This document shows, piece by piece, positions 1-9,914 of a DNA stretch of 46,517 nucleotides. Every line of letters begins with the position of its first letter. Positions within the stretch are counted from its first letter, which is position 1. Origin of the DNA: Chloroflexota bacterium. GTDB lineage: Bacteria > Chloroflexota > Limnocylindria > QHBO01. The DNA is taken from assembly GCA_039932235.1 (NCBI GenBank), contig JBDTQJ010000001.1:1-46517 (forward strand), given 5' to 3'. The notes under the pieces were generated by a model. That model made no database searches. It was not told where the DNA came from and saw only the letters and a program-made list of their open reading frames with translations. The translations under genes and the position numbers were made by a program.

Positions 1-59
1 CATCGGCCAGGAAGGACAAGAGCGCCTGACGTGAGCCGGCGACCCTCGCCGCTCCAGAG

Positions 60-302
60 TCAGTCGTGCGGCGCGCGCTTGAGCGGCCGATGCCAGCGCG
101 CGTACGCCGTGGCCGCATCGGTCTCGATGCGCAGCCCTCCGTCCTGCTCGCTCACCTCGTTGCGCGGCACGTACAGGTCCACGGGCAGGAGGCCGGCGGT
201 GCGGACCAGCAGGTAGTCGGCGAACACGGCGTCCACCGTGCCGATGCGCGCGTTGCGCGCTCCGAAGAGGCGGCTCCCGACCCGGGGATGGCTGGTGCTC
301 AC
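60..302 (-). CDS. small hypothetical protein, PRC-barrel/DUF2171-like (tentative)
   Basis: 80-codon ORF with a GTG start that overlaps the stop of the upstream lipid-kinase gene (GTGA). The segment ARIGTVDAVFADYLLV resembles PRC-barrel-like mini-proteins. Family call is from memory only. Confidence 0.45.
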   Translation of the reverse strand: MSTSHPRVGSRLFGARNARIGTVDAVFADYLLVRTAGLLPVDLYVPRNEVSEQDGGLRIETDAATAYARWHRPLKRAPHD

Positions 303-1216
303 GCGGTCACCGTACCCGATCCCGCGGGCCGCGCGACCAGCAGAGCGCCGCGCTCGACGGTGACCTCCAGCGGAAGGCTGCCGAACGGCTCGCCGTCGAG
401 ATGGAGCGGCGCCCGGTCGCCATCGATGCGCAGCGTCCGGAACTGGTGGAAGGCCACCCGCGGATGCCCGACATGGGCGCCGCGGTACAGGCCGGGCAGC
501 TGGCGCAGCGCCTCCAGCCGCGACAGGTCACCGACCAGGCACAGGTCGAGCTTGCCATCGTCCGGGCGGGCCGTCGGGCAGATCTGCATCCCGCCGCCGT
601 AGTAGGCGCCGTTGGCGAACGCCGCGAACAGGATCGGCCCGTTGAGCGCGAGCCGGATGCCGTCCACCACCACCTCGACCCGGGCATTGCGATGCCGTCG
701 CAGCTCGTCCAGGGTGGTGAGCAGATAGCCCGCCTGGCCGCGCTGCCACCAGCTCCGCCGGCCGGCCATGCGACCCGCCACCGCGGCGTCAAAGCCCACT
801 CCTCCCGCGGCCACAAAACGGCGCTCGCGTCCTCCCGCGCGCGCCCATCCGGTGTCGACGGGCAGCCCGGGAGCGTGGAGTGCGAGCGCCAGCGCTACGA
901 AGGGGTCTCGGGGCAGGCCCAGGGCGCGTGCCAGATCGTTGCCGTTGCCGCCCGGCACGATCCCGAGGACGGGAAGGGCGGCCGCCCCGTGCAGCCCATT
1001 GGCGATCTCCTGGATGGTGCCTTCGCCCCCGATCGCCACGATTCGCTCCGCGCCCGCCTGCGCCGCCTCGCGTGCCAGGCGCTCGATGTCGCCGGGCCCC
1101 GCGCTCGTCACCCGCTGTGCCCCGCTGGCGTCGATGGCTGCGTGCAGGGCGCTGGCGGCGCGCACCGCGCGACCGGAGCCGGCGGCGGGGTTGACGATCA
1201 CGATCACCTGGCGCAT
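299..1216 (-). CDS. diacylglycerol/lipid kinase family protein (DagK/YegS-like)
   Basis: Internal ATG at 1216 (MRQVIVIVNPAAGSG) within the 299..1711 ORF. Contains the typical IVAIGGEGT and GIVPGGNGNDLAR motifs. The upstream 165 codons are Arg/Pro-rich junk. Confidence 0.85.
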   Translation of the reverse strand: MRQVIVIVNPAAGSGRAVRAASALHAAIDASGAQRVTSAGPGDIERLAREAAQAGAERIVAIGGEGTIQEIANGLHGAAALPVLGIVPGGNGNDLARALGLPRDPFVALALALHAPGLPVDTGWARAGGRERRFVAAGGVGFDAAVAGRMAGRRSWWQRGQAGYLLTTLDELRRHRNARVEVVVDGIRLALNGPILFAAFANGAYYGGGMQICPTARPDDGKLDLCLVGDLSRLEALRQLPGLYRGAHVGHPRVAFHQFRTLRIDGDRAPLHLDGEPFGSLPLEVTVERGALLVARPAGSGTVTA

Positions 1217-1311
1217 TGCCGACCGATTCTGGGGCCCCGTGTCAACGCCGGTATCCTTGACCGGGACCGACGTGCCCAGGGTCGAACCACACCCACCGAG
1301 GAGGACTCCCG

Positions 1312-1872
1312 ATGCGCAGCGTGACCTATTCGATGAGCGTCTCGCTTGACGGCTACATCGTGGGGCCGGACGGGGGCTTCGACTGGGCGATGCCCGACGA
1401 GGTTTTTCGCTTCTGGATCGACGAGATACGAGAGGTCGGCGTCCACCTGATGGGCCGGCGGCTGTACGAGACGATGCTGTACTGGGAGACCGCCGACCAG
1501 GATCGCTCGCTCGACGAGGCGGAGCTCGAGTGGGCCGCGCTGTGGAAGCCGCTCCCAAAGGTGGTGTTCTCCACCACGCTGTCGGCGGTGGAGGGCAATG
1601 CCCGCCTCGCCTCGGGCACCCTGGCGGAGGAGATAGAGCGGTTGCGAGCCGAGCCGGAGGAGGGTGAGATCGCGATCGGCGGTGCGACGCTCGCCGCCGA
1701 GGTGGCCGCATTGGATCTGATCGACGAGTATCGGGCCATGGTCTATCCGGTGCTGGTTGGCGGTGGCATTCCGTTCTTTCCCCAGCGCGAACGCCGGGTG
1801 GATCTCGAGCTCGTCGAATCGCGCACCTTCAGCTCGCGGGTCGTCCTGCTCCGCCACCGCGTCGTGAAGTAG
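1312..1872 (+). CDS. dihydrofolate reductase family protein (RibD C-terminal domain-like)
   Basis: 186 aa. The N-terminus MSVSLDGYI..PDG..DW, GRRLYE and a C-terminal VLLRH-type strand are typical of the YwjB/RibD_C family. Confidence 0.8.
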   Translation: MRSVTYSMSVSLDGYIVGPDGGFDWAMPDEVFRFWIDEIREVGVHLMGRRLYETMLYWETADQDRSLDEAELEWAALWKPLPKVVFSTTLSAVEGNARLASGTLAEEIERLRAEPEEGEIAIGGATLAAEVAALDLIDEYRAMVYPVLVGGGIPFFPQRERRVDLELVESRTFSSRVVLLRHRVVK

Positions 1873-2721
1873 TTGCCACGCGTCATGGTCCGGATCGTCC
1901 AGGGCGCCGCCGCGGCCATCGCCGCGTTCGGGATGCTCGTCGCCGTCCAGGTGGTGCGCCTGCGGCGGCTGCGTCTCCTTCCTGGGCATCCGGGGTTCTG
2001 GATCTCGCATGTCGTGGCCCCATCCGGCGGCGACGCCTCCGGGGCGCGCCTCTTCCTCGTCGTCTTCGGCGACTCGACGACCGCGGGGGTCGGCGTCGAC
2101 GACGCGGAGGCGTCGCTGCCGTACCGCATTGCCCAGCTCGTGGCAGATGCCCGGGGGCGCCCCGTTCGCGTGCTCAGCTACGGCTGGGCGGGCGCGCGTG
2201 TCGCCGACGTGTCGCACGACCAGGTGGCGCATGCCCTTCGGCCGCGCCAGCGCGGCGAGGTGCCGCCGCTGCGCGCCGCGGACCTCGTGGCGGTGGTGGT
2301 GGGCGCCAACGACGCCACGCATCGGACACGGCCGACGCGCTTTCGGCGTGACCTGCGTCTTGCGCTCGATCGGATCGGTGACGCGGCGCCGGCTGCTGAG
2401 CTCGTGGTGGCCGGCGTTCCGCGGCTGCGCGGCGCGCTCCCCCACCTCGAGCCGCTGATCTCCCTCGCGCATGCCTATGCCGCGCCGCTGCGCCGCATCC
2501 AGCGCCAGGAGGCGGAACGCGCCGGTGCGGCGTACGCGGATCTCGCGCGCGATGTGCTGCCGCGCCTGCGAGGCCGGGTCGATCCGGCGACCGCGATGTC
2601 GGCGGATGGCTTCCACCCCGGCCCGCCGGTCTACGCGGCGTGGGCGGAGGTGATCGCCGAGGCGCTGGAGAAGGGTCCCGTGACCGAAACGCCGGCTACG
2701 CGCCCTCGAGCGGCGCGATGA
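1873..2721 (+). CDS. SGNH/GDSL-family hydrolase
   Basis: Block I VFGDSTTAG, block III GANDA and block V DGFHP. TTG start at 1873 directly after the preceding stop; an alternative ATG lies at 1885. The N-terminal hydrophobic helix suggests a membrane anchor or signal. Confidence 0.8.
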   Translation: MPRVMVRIVQGAAAAIAAFGMLVAVQVVRLRRLRLLPGHPGFWISHVVAPSGGDASGARLFLVVFGDSTTAGVGVDDAEASLPYRIAQLVADARGRPVRVLSYGWAGARVADVSHDQVAHALRPRQRGEVPPLRAADLVAVVVGANDATHRTRPTRFRRDLRLALDRIGDAAPAAELVVAGVPRLRGALPHLEPLISLAHAYAAPLRRIQRQEAERAGAAYADLARDVLPRLRGRVDPATAMSADGFHPGPPVYAAWAEVIAEALEKGPVTETPATRPRAAR

Positions 2722-4660
2722 GGATGGGCAGTGGCGATGCGCCGTGCTCCTGGCGCCGGAATCGGCGGCTGAGGTCGGCGAGGTCGGAGCGCAGCAGATC
2801 AGTGAGCCTGACGCGCTCGACGCCCGCGACCGGGTAGTCGCCGCCGAAGATGACCCGCGCCAGGTCGCCGGTGGCCGCATCCTGGCCCGCGGCGAACTCG
2901 AAGGCGTAGTGGAGCTCGCCGGACGGCGCCTCGCGGACGGATCGGACGATCGACCACAGCGAGATCGGTGCGTCCTCGGGACCGAACATGACCAGGTGGC
3001 GGTCGCGCTCGACGAGGCGCTCGCGGGTGGCGAGCAGCGCGCCGCCGACCGAGACATCCTGGACCCCCGCCGGCACGCCATCGATGGACCCCGGCGCATC
3101 GACCGCGAAGCGCACCCCTGCACGCCGCTCCCCGGCGAAGCGCAGCGAGCGGACGCGCTGGATCGCGAGATACACCAGGCCGGCATTGACGACGAGCCAT
3201 CCGAACGCACCCCAGGCGGCCCACGGCTCGCGGTAGTGGATCGGAAGCGCGCCGAGCAGCGAGAGGGCGAAGACCGTGAGCGCCACGAAGGACAGCGCCA
3301 GCACCGCGTTCAGCGGCGCGGGCGCGGGTGCGCGGCCGCGGTCGTCACCGGTCCTGCCCTTCGGCGTGACCATGAAGCGCGGCGCGCGCGACGTGACGAG
3401 GGTCAGCGTCGCGCGCAGGTTCGGTGTCATGCGCACCAGCTCGAAGAGGACCGACAGGATGGGCCGATACGCGCCACGGCCCAGCCGGTAGAGCGCCAGC
3501 TGCTGCAGGGCATAGGTGACCCCGAAGGCGGCTGCAAACGTGGGGCCATCGGCCAGGATCGGGATCTGGCCGGTCAGGAGGACGGCGGCGGGAAGGACCA
3601 GGAAGCCCAGCGTGCGCCAGCTGTCGAACCAGCCGAGCAGGGTCGAGGCATAGCCGAGCCGCTGGGCCAGCGTCAGGCCGGAGACGAGCATCGGGTTCTC
3701 GACCTTGAGGACCTGCATCGCGCCGGTCCCCCATCGGTTGCGCTGCAGCTGGTACTGGGCTGCGTCGTCGGCCGCCAGGCCGCGGGCAAGCACCTCGTTG
3801 TGATAGACGCTCTTCCAGCCCGCGCGGTGGAAGCGGATCGTCGTGTGGATGTCCTCGGTGATCGTCTCGACCGCGCACCCGCCGACCTCGCGCAGCGCAG
3901 CGGTTCGGACGACCGCGTTGGTGCCGCACCAGAAGGCGGCGTTCCAGCGGTTCTTGCCGGGCTGGATGAGGCGGTAGAAGAGCGTCTGCTCGTGAAACTG
4001 CTCACCGAAGGTCGTGCCGGTGCCATGCTCGAAGCTGGTGACGTTGTAGAACTCCTGCGGGGTCTGAACCACGGCGAGACGGGGGTCCCGGAAATAGCCG
4101 AGCGTGTTGCGCAGGAAGTCGCGCCTCGCAACGTGGTCCGCGTCCAGGATCGCCAGCAGGTCCGCCTTCACGACGCCGAGGGCGTGGTTCACGTTGCCCG
4201 CCTTGGCGTGCTCGTGGGTCGGACGGGTCAGGTAGCGCGCACCGAGCTCCTCGGCCATGCGCTGCACCTCGGGCCGGTCCCCATCGTCGAGGACCCAGGT
4301 CTCGTGGGCCGGCTCGAGCGCGATCGCGGCGGCCACCGTGGGAAGCAGAATCTCGCGCCCCTCGTTGAATGTCGGAATGAGGACCGCCACGCTGAGCCCC
4401 GGATCCGGCTCCAGCAGTGGGGGGCGACGGTCGATGTCCCACAGGCTGAATGTGAAGAGGCCAAGGCCCACGGCGGCATGCACCTCGAGCAGCAGCATCG
4501 GCACCGCGATGTACCAACCATCCCAGTTGACGGTGGCAGTGCCCCGCCAGACCAGGTACGCCGCCGTGGCGACGAGCGCGACGACAGCAAGCATCCGGGT
4601 CGTCCGGGTACGCGCCCCCGGCTCACGAGCCGGCAGACGCAGGGCGTGGGATTCGATCAC
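2696..4660 (-). CDS. bcsA: cellulose synthase catalytic subunit-like processive GT2 with C-terminal PilZ domain
   Basis: 654 aa. Motifs: LDADH, FWCGT, ITEDIH (TED), QRNRW (QxxRW) and FMVTPK (FxVTxK), with multiple TM helices. The C-terminal PilZ signature is RRAGVR (RxxxR) plus DVSVGG (DxSxxG). Confidence 0.8.
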   Translation of the reverse strand: MIESHALRLPAREPGARTRTTRMLAVVALVATAAYLVWRGTATVNWDGWYIAVPMLLLEVHAAVGLGLFTFSLWDIDRRPPLLEPDPGLSVAVLIPTFNEGREILLPTVAAAIALEPAHETWVLDDGDRPEVQRMAEELGARYLTRPTHEHAKAGNVNHALGVVKADLLAILDADHVARRDFLRNTLGYFRDPRLAVVQTPQEFYNVTSFEHGTGTTFGEQFHEQTLFYRLIQPGKNRWNAAFWCGTNAVVRTAALREVGGCAVETITEDIHTTIRFHRAGWKSVYHNEVLARGLAADDAAQYQLQRNRWGTGAMQVLKVENPMLVSGLTLAQRLGYASTLLGWFDSWRTLGFLVLPAAVLLTGQIPILADGPTFAAAFGVTYALQQLALYRLGRGAYRPILSVLFELVRMTPNLRATLTLVTSRAPRFMVTPKGRTGDDRGRAPAPAPLNAVLALSFVALTVFALSLLGALPIHYREPWAAWGAFGWLVVNAGLVYLAIQRVRSLRFAGERRAGVRFAVDAPGSIDGVPAGVQDVSVGGALLATRERLVERDRHLVMFGPEDAPISLWSIVRSVREAPSGELHYAFEFAAGQDAATGDLARVIFGGDYPVAGVERVRLTDLLRSDLADLSRRFRRQEHGASPLPILIAPLEGA

Positions 4661-4880
4661 GGGTGCATTGAGCCGTGCTTGGGGCCTATCGGGCGATGAC
4701 CCGATCTACCCATCGGACCCCCGTACTGCCGCACCCATGACCAAACGTGGTGCGCGACCGCACCAATGACGCGTCCGGGGGTTGCCCGCCGGACGAGCCT
4801 CTGGCATCCTGCGCACTCACGCGGGACGGCGTGCCCCTGCCTCCCAACGACCCACCGCGTGCCTTGTGTGGAGCGTGCTC

Positions 4881-5876
4881 GTGCGGCGACCGCTGACGGT
4901 CCTCGTTGCCCTGGCCCTGGCAATCGGCCTGGCCGGGCTTTCCAGTCCTGCCCGTGGGGCGGCCCCCGCGGTCAAGGTGGCCATCATCGTCGGCCCGGTC
5001 GGCGCCGAGCTGACACCCGTCTACATCCAGATCGCCGAGACTGCCGCTGCGACCGCCGAGTCGCACGGCGCCACCGTTGCCCGCGCCTACTCGCCGGAGG
5101 CGGACGCGGACCATGTCATCGCCGCCGTGCAGGACGCCAATATCGTGGTCTACCTGGGCCATGGTGTCGGGACGCCGAACCCGTACAGCTCACAGCCGAG
5201 CCCCGAGACGACGAACGGCTGGGGGCTGAACGGACCGAGCCGCCGCGGCGACCACAGCGACTCGTGGAAGGACGGCACGCTCCAGTACTACGGCGAGGCG
5301 TGGATCGTCGAGCATGCCCACCCCGCCCCCGGCTGGGCGATGATCTACTCCAACGCGTGCTACGCGGCGGGCGCTGCGGAGCCGCAGATGGCACCCGCGA
5401 CCGCCGAGGAAGCTGCCGCGCGGGTCGCCGCCTACAGCCGCACCCCCCTGACCGCGATGGGCGCCAGCGCCTATTTCGCCACCGATTTCTTCGAGGGCGC
5501 CGCCCATCTCATCGATCGCATGCTGGCGGACCCGACGGCGACCTACGGCGACGTTTTCGCCGGCGAGGCCGGATTCGATGCGGCGGCGCTCACCCGCCAG
5601 GCAGACCCCGACGGCGGAGCGGCCGAGGTGTGGCTGCATCGGTCCAGCTACTTCGAGGGCAAGATCGACTACTGGTACGCCTTCGCGGGTGACCCCACCG
5701 CCTCGCCGGCGGCGCACATGCTCGCCGAGACGGCGGCAGCAGCGGTGCAGAGCGTGGCGGTCGTGGCGCCCCCGCCAGGACCCGTGACGAGCGGCGTGCT
5801 GGTGGAGCGCGTACGGCCCGCTCTCGTCACCCCCCAGGCCAAGGGGCGTCCGGTGCCGGTGGGCGTCGCCCAGTAG
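4881..5876 (+). CDS. secreted hypothetical protein with a clan-CD-like His-Gly / Ala-Cys dyad (putative cysteine peptidase fold)
   Basis: GTG at 4881 is preceded by GGAG with a 7-nt spacer and gives a clean signal peptide, MRRPLTVLVALALAIGLAGLSSPARG. Hydrophobic strand + GHG (IVVYLGHG) and hydrophobic strand + AC (MIYSNACY) are present. In-frame alternative starts lie at 4866, 4875 and 4782. Confidence 0.6.
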   Translation: MRRPLTVLVALALAIGLAGLSSPARGAAPAVKVAIIVGPVGAELTPVYIQIAETAAATAESHGATVARAYSPEADADHVIAAVQDANIVVYLGHGVGTPNPYSSQPSPETTNGWGLNGPSRRGDHSDSWKDGTLQYYGEAWIVEHAHPAPGWAMIYSNACYAAGAAEPQMAPATAEEAAARVAAYSRTPLTAMGASAYFATDFFEGAAHLIDRMLADPTATYGDVFAGEAGFDAAALTRQADPDGGAAEVWLHRSSYFEGKIDYWYAFAGDPTASPAAHMLAETAAAAVQSVAVVAPPPGPVTSGVLVERVRPALVTPQAKGRPVPVGVAQ

Positions 5877-5897
5877 TCCCCGCCCCCACCGGACAGG

Positions 5898-7427
5898 TCA
5901 GGTGACGCTGACCTGCACGCTGTGGTAGCCCCGGGCGCCATCCGGCGCCGGCGGGGTCGAGCGCTCCTCCTGGAGGTTCCCGTCCCCATCCGTCGCGCGC
6001 ACACGAAGCCGATGGGCGCCCGGCATGGCCTCCCAGCGAAACACCCACTGGACCCACGTCTCGTCGCTGATTGCCGGCCCGAGACCGGCTGCCTGCCAGG
6101 CGCCGTCGTCGACCTGGACTTCGACTGCCGACACGCCCCGTGTCGGCGCCCACGCGACGCCCGCGACGGCGACCTGCCCGCTCGCCACCGATCCACCGCC
6201 CGGCACGTCGATGCGTGACTGGAGCAGGATCGGTCCATCCTTGGCCCACCCCAGCGGGATCCAATAGCCGTCGAAGGCATCGAGGGTGGTGAGGTTGATG
6301 TTGGCCAGCCATTTGGTCGCCGAGACGTAGCCGTACAACCCGGGGATGATGAGTCGCGCAGGAAAGCCGTGGGCCGGCGTCAGCGGAGCATCGTTCATGC
6401 CCACCGCCAGCAGCGCCCCCGCGCCCGGTCCATCGAGCCAGCGCGTCGGAAAGCCGGCAGTCCAACCGTCGAACGCGCGACCCACCACCTGGCTGGCGCC
6501 GTCGGCAACGCCGGCCTCGTCGAGCAGGTCGCGCAACGGCACGCCGCTCCATTTGGCATTGCCGACGAGGTCGCCCCCGACCTCGTTACTGACGCAGGCG
6601 ATCGTCACGTAGCGCTCCACCTGCGGCCGCGCCAGCAGATCGGCGTAGGTGAGGGTCATGGGGCGCTCGACCATGCCGTCGATGGTCATCGACCACGACG
6701 ACGCATCGAGCCGCGGCACGAGCAGCTTGGTGTCGATCCGATAGAAGTCGGCGGTCGGCACCACCAGCGGTGACACGCCATCAACCGCGATCGCAGCGGC
6801 GGGAAGCGAAGGCGCCGGCTCGGCGACCGATGGCAACGCCCTCGGGACCGCTGCTCCGCTGCCCGGCGGACGGCGCTCGAGCAGGTATCGGCCGAGACCG
6901 CCGCCGGCGATCGCGAGCCCACCGATGGCGACCGCCGACCCGAGGAAGCGGCGGCGTTCCCAGGCCGGCATCTCGGCGCTCGCCGGGTCGGCGGAGAGCG
7001 GCCCCAGCAAGCGTCGCAGGACCAGCGCGCCGGTGCCAGCCGCCAGCAGGACGGCGAGGCCGGCGAGGATCGGGTCGACCAGCGGGTCCCGCAGGCTGGC
7101 CAGCGCGGCGCCGGCCGCCACCAGCGCGAATCCCCAGGCTGCGATTCGCCAGTCCCGCCGTCCCGCGGCCCCGAGCGCCGCGGCGATGGCCAGCGCCACG
7201 AGCGTCACCAGGAGGTTGAGCGCCAGCTTGTCGGCCTCGCCCACCAGGTCGACCACGAGCTGCTTGGCGCCGGGCGGCTGCAGGTCGATGATCAGCGCGC
7301 CGATGGACGTGACGAGCGACGGAGCCCCGTCGAGGAGACCGGCGAGCAGCTCGCTGGCCGCCAGCCCAGCGCCCCCGGCGACAAGGCCCGCGAGAGCCGC
7401 ACGAACCCACGACCGATCCATGCGCAC
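5898..7427 (-). CDS. molybdopterin-dependent oxidoreductase (sulfite oxidase family) with N-terminal multi-TM region
   Basis: 509 aa. N-terminal hydrophobic helices are followed by a Moco-binding domain (FYRIDT, YVTIACVSNEVGG, GFPARLIIPGLYGYVSATKW) and a C-terminal Ig-like dimerisation domain. GTG start at 7427 or ATG at 7421. Confidence 0.85.
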   Translation of the reverse strand: MRMDRSWVRAALAGLVAGGAGLAASELLAGLLDGAPSLVTSIGALIIDLQPPGAKQLVVDLVGEADKLALNLLVTLVALAIAAALGAAGRRDWRIAAWGFALVAAGAALASLRDPLVDPILAGLAVLLAAGTGALVLRRLLGPLSADPASAEMPAWERRRFLGSAVAIGGLAIAGGGLGRYLLERRPPGSGAAVPRALPSVAEPAPSLPAAAIAVDGVSPLVVPTADFYRIDTKLLVPRLDASSWSMTIDGMVERPMTLTYADLLARPQVERYVTIACVSNEVGGDLVGNAKWSGVPLRDLLDEAGVADGASQVVGRAFDGWTAGFPTRWLDGPGAGALLAVGMNDAPLTPAHGFPARLIIPGLYGYVSATKWLANINLTTLDAFDGYWIPLGWAKDGPILLQSRIDVPGGGSVASGQVAVAGVAWAPTRGVSAVEVQVDDGAWQAAGLGPAISDETWVQWVFRWEAMPGAHRLRVRATDGDGNLQEERSTPPAPDGARGYHSVQVSVT

Positions 7428-7528
7428 AGTCTGGACCGGATCGCCTCGACCCGCTTGCTCGGTAGGCGGTGCGTGGCGGGCCGGGCATGCCCGATACTCG
7501 GGGTCACATCCCCCATCGGAGTCTCGGC

Positions 7529-8899
7529 ATGCCAGCCCGCATCGATCCGGGACGAATCACGGCCCTCATGGCCGACGAGGTGGCGACGTTCGTCGCCGCG
7601 CACCCCGTCTCCGAGGCGCTGTTCGAACGCGCGCGTGGCTCCCTCCCGGGGGGCGTGCCGATGAACTGGATGACCAAGTGGCCCGGCCCGTTTCCGCCGT
7701 TCGTCGCCGCTGCCGGAGGCGCGCACTTCGCATGCGTCGACGGCCACGACTATGTCGACCTCTGCCTCGGCGACACGGGGGCGATGACGGGCCATGCGCC
7801 CGAGGCCACGATGCGCGCCATTCGCGACCAGCTGACTCGCGGGCTGACCTTCATGCTGCCCACCGAGGATGGTGCGGTGGTCGGCGAGGAGCTCAGTCGA
7901 CGCTTCGGGCTGCCGTTCTGGCAGTTCACCCTCTCCGCGACCGATGCCAATCGGTTCGCGATCCGCATCGCACGGCAGGTCACGCGGCGCCCGAAGGTCC
8001 TGGTCTTCAACTGGTGCTATCACGGGTCGGTCGACGAGGCGTTCGCCGCGCTGAACGAGCGGGGCGAGGTCGTGGCACGCGACGGCAACATCGGTCCGCC
8101 GGTGGCGCTGGCCGAGACGACGCGGGTCGTGGAGTGGAACGACGTGGCGGGACTCGAGGCCGCCCTGGCGCACGGCGACGTGGCCGCCGTGCTCACCGAG
8201 CCGGCGCTCACCAACATAGGCATCGTGCACCCCGATCCCGGCTTCCATGACGCCCTGCGAAGCCTCACCCGTCGCTCCGGGACGCTGCTCATCCTCGACG
8301 AGACGCACACCCTCTGCGCCGGGCCGAGTGGCATGACCGCCGCGGAGGGGCTCGATCCGGACATGCTGGTGGTCGGCAAGCCGATCGCCGGCGGCCTGCC
8401 CGCCGGGGCCTATGGCATGAGCGCGGACGTCGCGGCGCGCATCGGCAGGGAGATCGAGCTCGAGCAGTGCGACGTCGGCGGCATCGGCGGCACCCTGGCC
8501 GGCAATGCGCTGAGCCTCGCCGCCATGCGTGCCACCCTGCTCGAGGTGCTGACCGAGGATGCCTACCGGCGCAGCGTGCCGCTGGCGGAACGCTGGGCCG
8601 CCGGCGTGGACGGCGTCATTCGTGCTTCCCGCCTGCCGTGGCACGTGACCCGACTCGGCAACCGCGCGGAGTACCTGTTCGGGCCGAACCGCCCACGCAA
8701 CGGAACCGAGGCAGCCCTGATGGACGATTTCACGCTCCAGCGTCTCACACACCTGTTTGCCCTCAACCGCGGCGTGCTGCTGACGCCGTTCCACAACATG
8801 GCGCTGATCGCCCCCCAGACCACGGAGGCGGACGTGGACCGCCACACTGCGTTGTTCGCGGAGATGGCCGAGCGTCTCACCGAGAAACCGGACCGATAG
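7529..8899 (+). CDS. class III PLP-dependent aminotransferase (glutamate-1-semialdehyde aminomutase-like)
   Basis: ATG at 7529 with GGAG about 8 nt upstream. Contains ILDETHT and VVGKPIAGGLP (PLP-lysine context). Confidence 0.85.
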   Translation: MPARIDPGRITALMADEVATFVAAHPVSEALFERARGSLPGGVPMNWMTKWPGPFPPFVAAAGGAHFACVDGHDYVDLCLGDTGAMTGHAPEATMRAIRDQLTRGLTFMLPTEDGAVVGEELSRRFGLPFWQFTLSATDANRFAIRIARQVTRRPKVLVFNWCYHGSVDEAFAALNERGEVVARDGNIGPPVALAETTRVVEWNDVAGLEAALAHGDVAAVLTEPALTNIGIVHPDPGFHDALRSLTRRSGTLLILDETHTLCAGPSGMTAAEGLDPDMLVVGKPIAGGLPAGAYGMSADVAARIGREIELEQCDVGGIGGTLAGNALSLAAMRATLLEVLTEDAYRRSVPLAERWAAGVDGVIRASRLPWHVTRLGNRAEYLFGPNRPRNGTEAALMDDFTLQRLTHLFALNRGVLLTPFHNMALIAPQTTEADVDRHTALFAEMAERLTEKPDR

Positions 8900-8981
8900 T
8901 CGCCGTCTACGTCATTCGTCGCATGTGGACTCGGCCTCGTGTCGGTGGGCGCGACGACCGGCGACGGCGAGCATCGCGGTC

Positions 8982-9409
8982 ATGAACGCCATCGCCCTCC
9001 CCACGACCCGGACCACCCCGCGCCGCGGCCTGACCGCCCGTCGCTGGCTCATCGTGCTCCTCGCTTTCGAAGGCGTCGTCGCACTGTGCGCCGCGGTGGC
9101 CTTCGCGCTCAGCGCGCCGACCGCCGAGAACATGTTGGGAGGCAGCCTGGGGAGCCAGTCGGCGGCCGCCGCCCTCCTCCTGGCCGGGCTCTCGGGGGTG
9201 CTCGCCTTCGCGGCCTTCCACGTGACCGGCGCGCTGCTCCGTGACCGCCAGATGGCCGAGGCCAGCGCCGCCGGCGTCCAGGCCACGATCCTGGGTGGCG
9301 CCACCATCGGCCTCGTCGGCGCGGGCATGCTGCCGGCGCTGGCGGCCACCGCCGGGTTGGCGGCGGTCGGCTTGCTGCTCGTCCTCCTGAGCCTGGGTTC
9401 GGCGCGCCG

Positions 9410-9413
<4 letters not shown>
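8982..9413 (+). CDS. hypothetical integral membrane protein
   Basis: ATG at 8982. About 143 aa with 4 predicted hydrophobic helices and high GC3. No family recognised. Confidence 0.5.
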
Positions 9414-9829
<416 letters not shown>

Positions 9830-9884
9830 GCCATCACGGTACGCCAGCCACGTGAAGGGGTGATGCGCCTCTCGTGATGTTCTC

Positions 9885-9914
9885 TTGACGTCAAACGAAA
9901 TGACGTGCCACAAT
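9885..9914 (+). promoter_or_regulatory. msrB-marR divergent control region: palindrome TTGACGTCAA, second TGACGT half-site, -10-like CACAAT
   Basis: TTGACG (9885-9890) is part of the perfect 10-bp palindrome 9885-9894. TGACGT recurs at 9901-9906. CACAAT at 9909-9914 lies 18 nt from TTGACG and 6 nt before the marR ATG, a leaderless geometry. Confidence 0.4.

Noticed and set aside
1204-4699. 668-aa minus-strand ORF (1204..3210) and 651-aa plus-strand ORF (2744..4699)
   Set aside because: They are shadows opposite the DHFR-family, SGNH and BcsA-like genes. The real genes carry clear catalytic motifs and the shadows carry none.
4661-4880. Possible c-di-GMP riboswitch or other leader element upstream of the PilZ-bearing synthase
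   Set aside because: I read the minus-strand leader for GEMM-like conserved segments (GCAAA / ACGCAAAGC type) and found none. Only short 5-6-bp hairpins such as GGTGCG-cgac-CGCACC are present.
7482-7493. 12-bp palindrome CGGGCATGCCCG upstream of the class III aminotransferase
   Set aside because: It is short and GC-rich, so it is expected by chance in DNA of this composition. There is no second site or promoter context.
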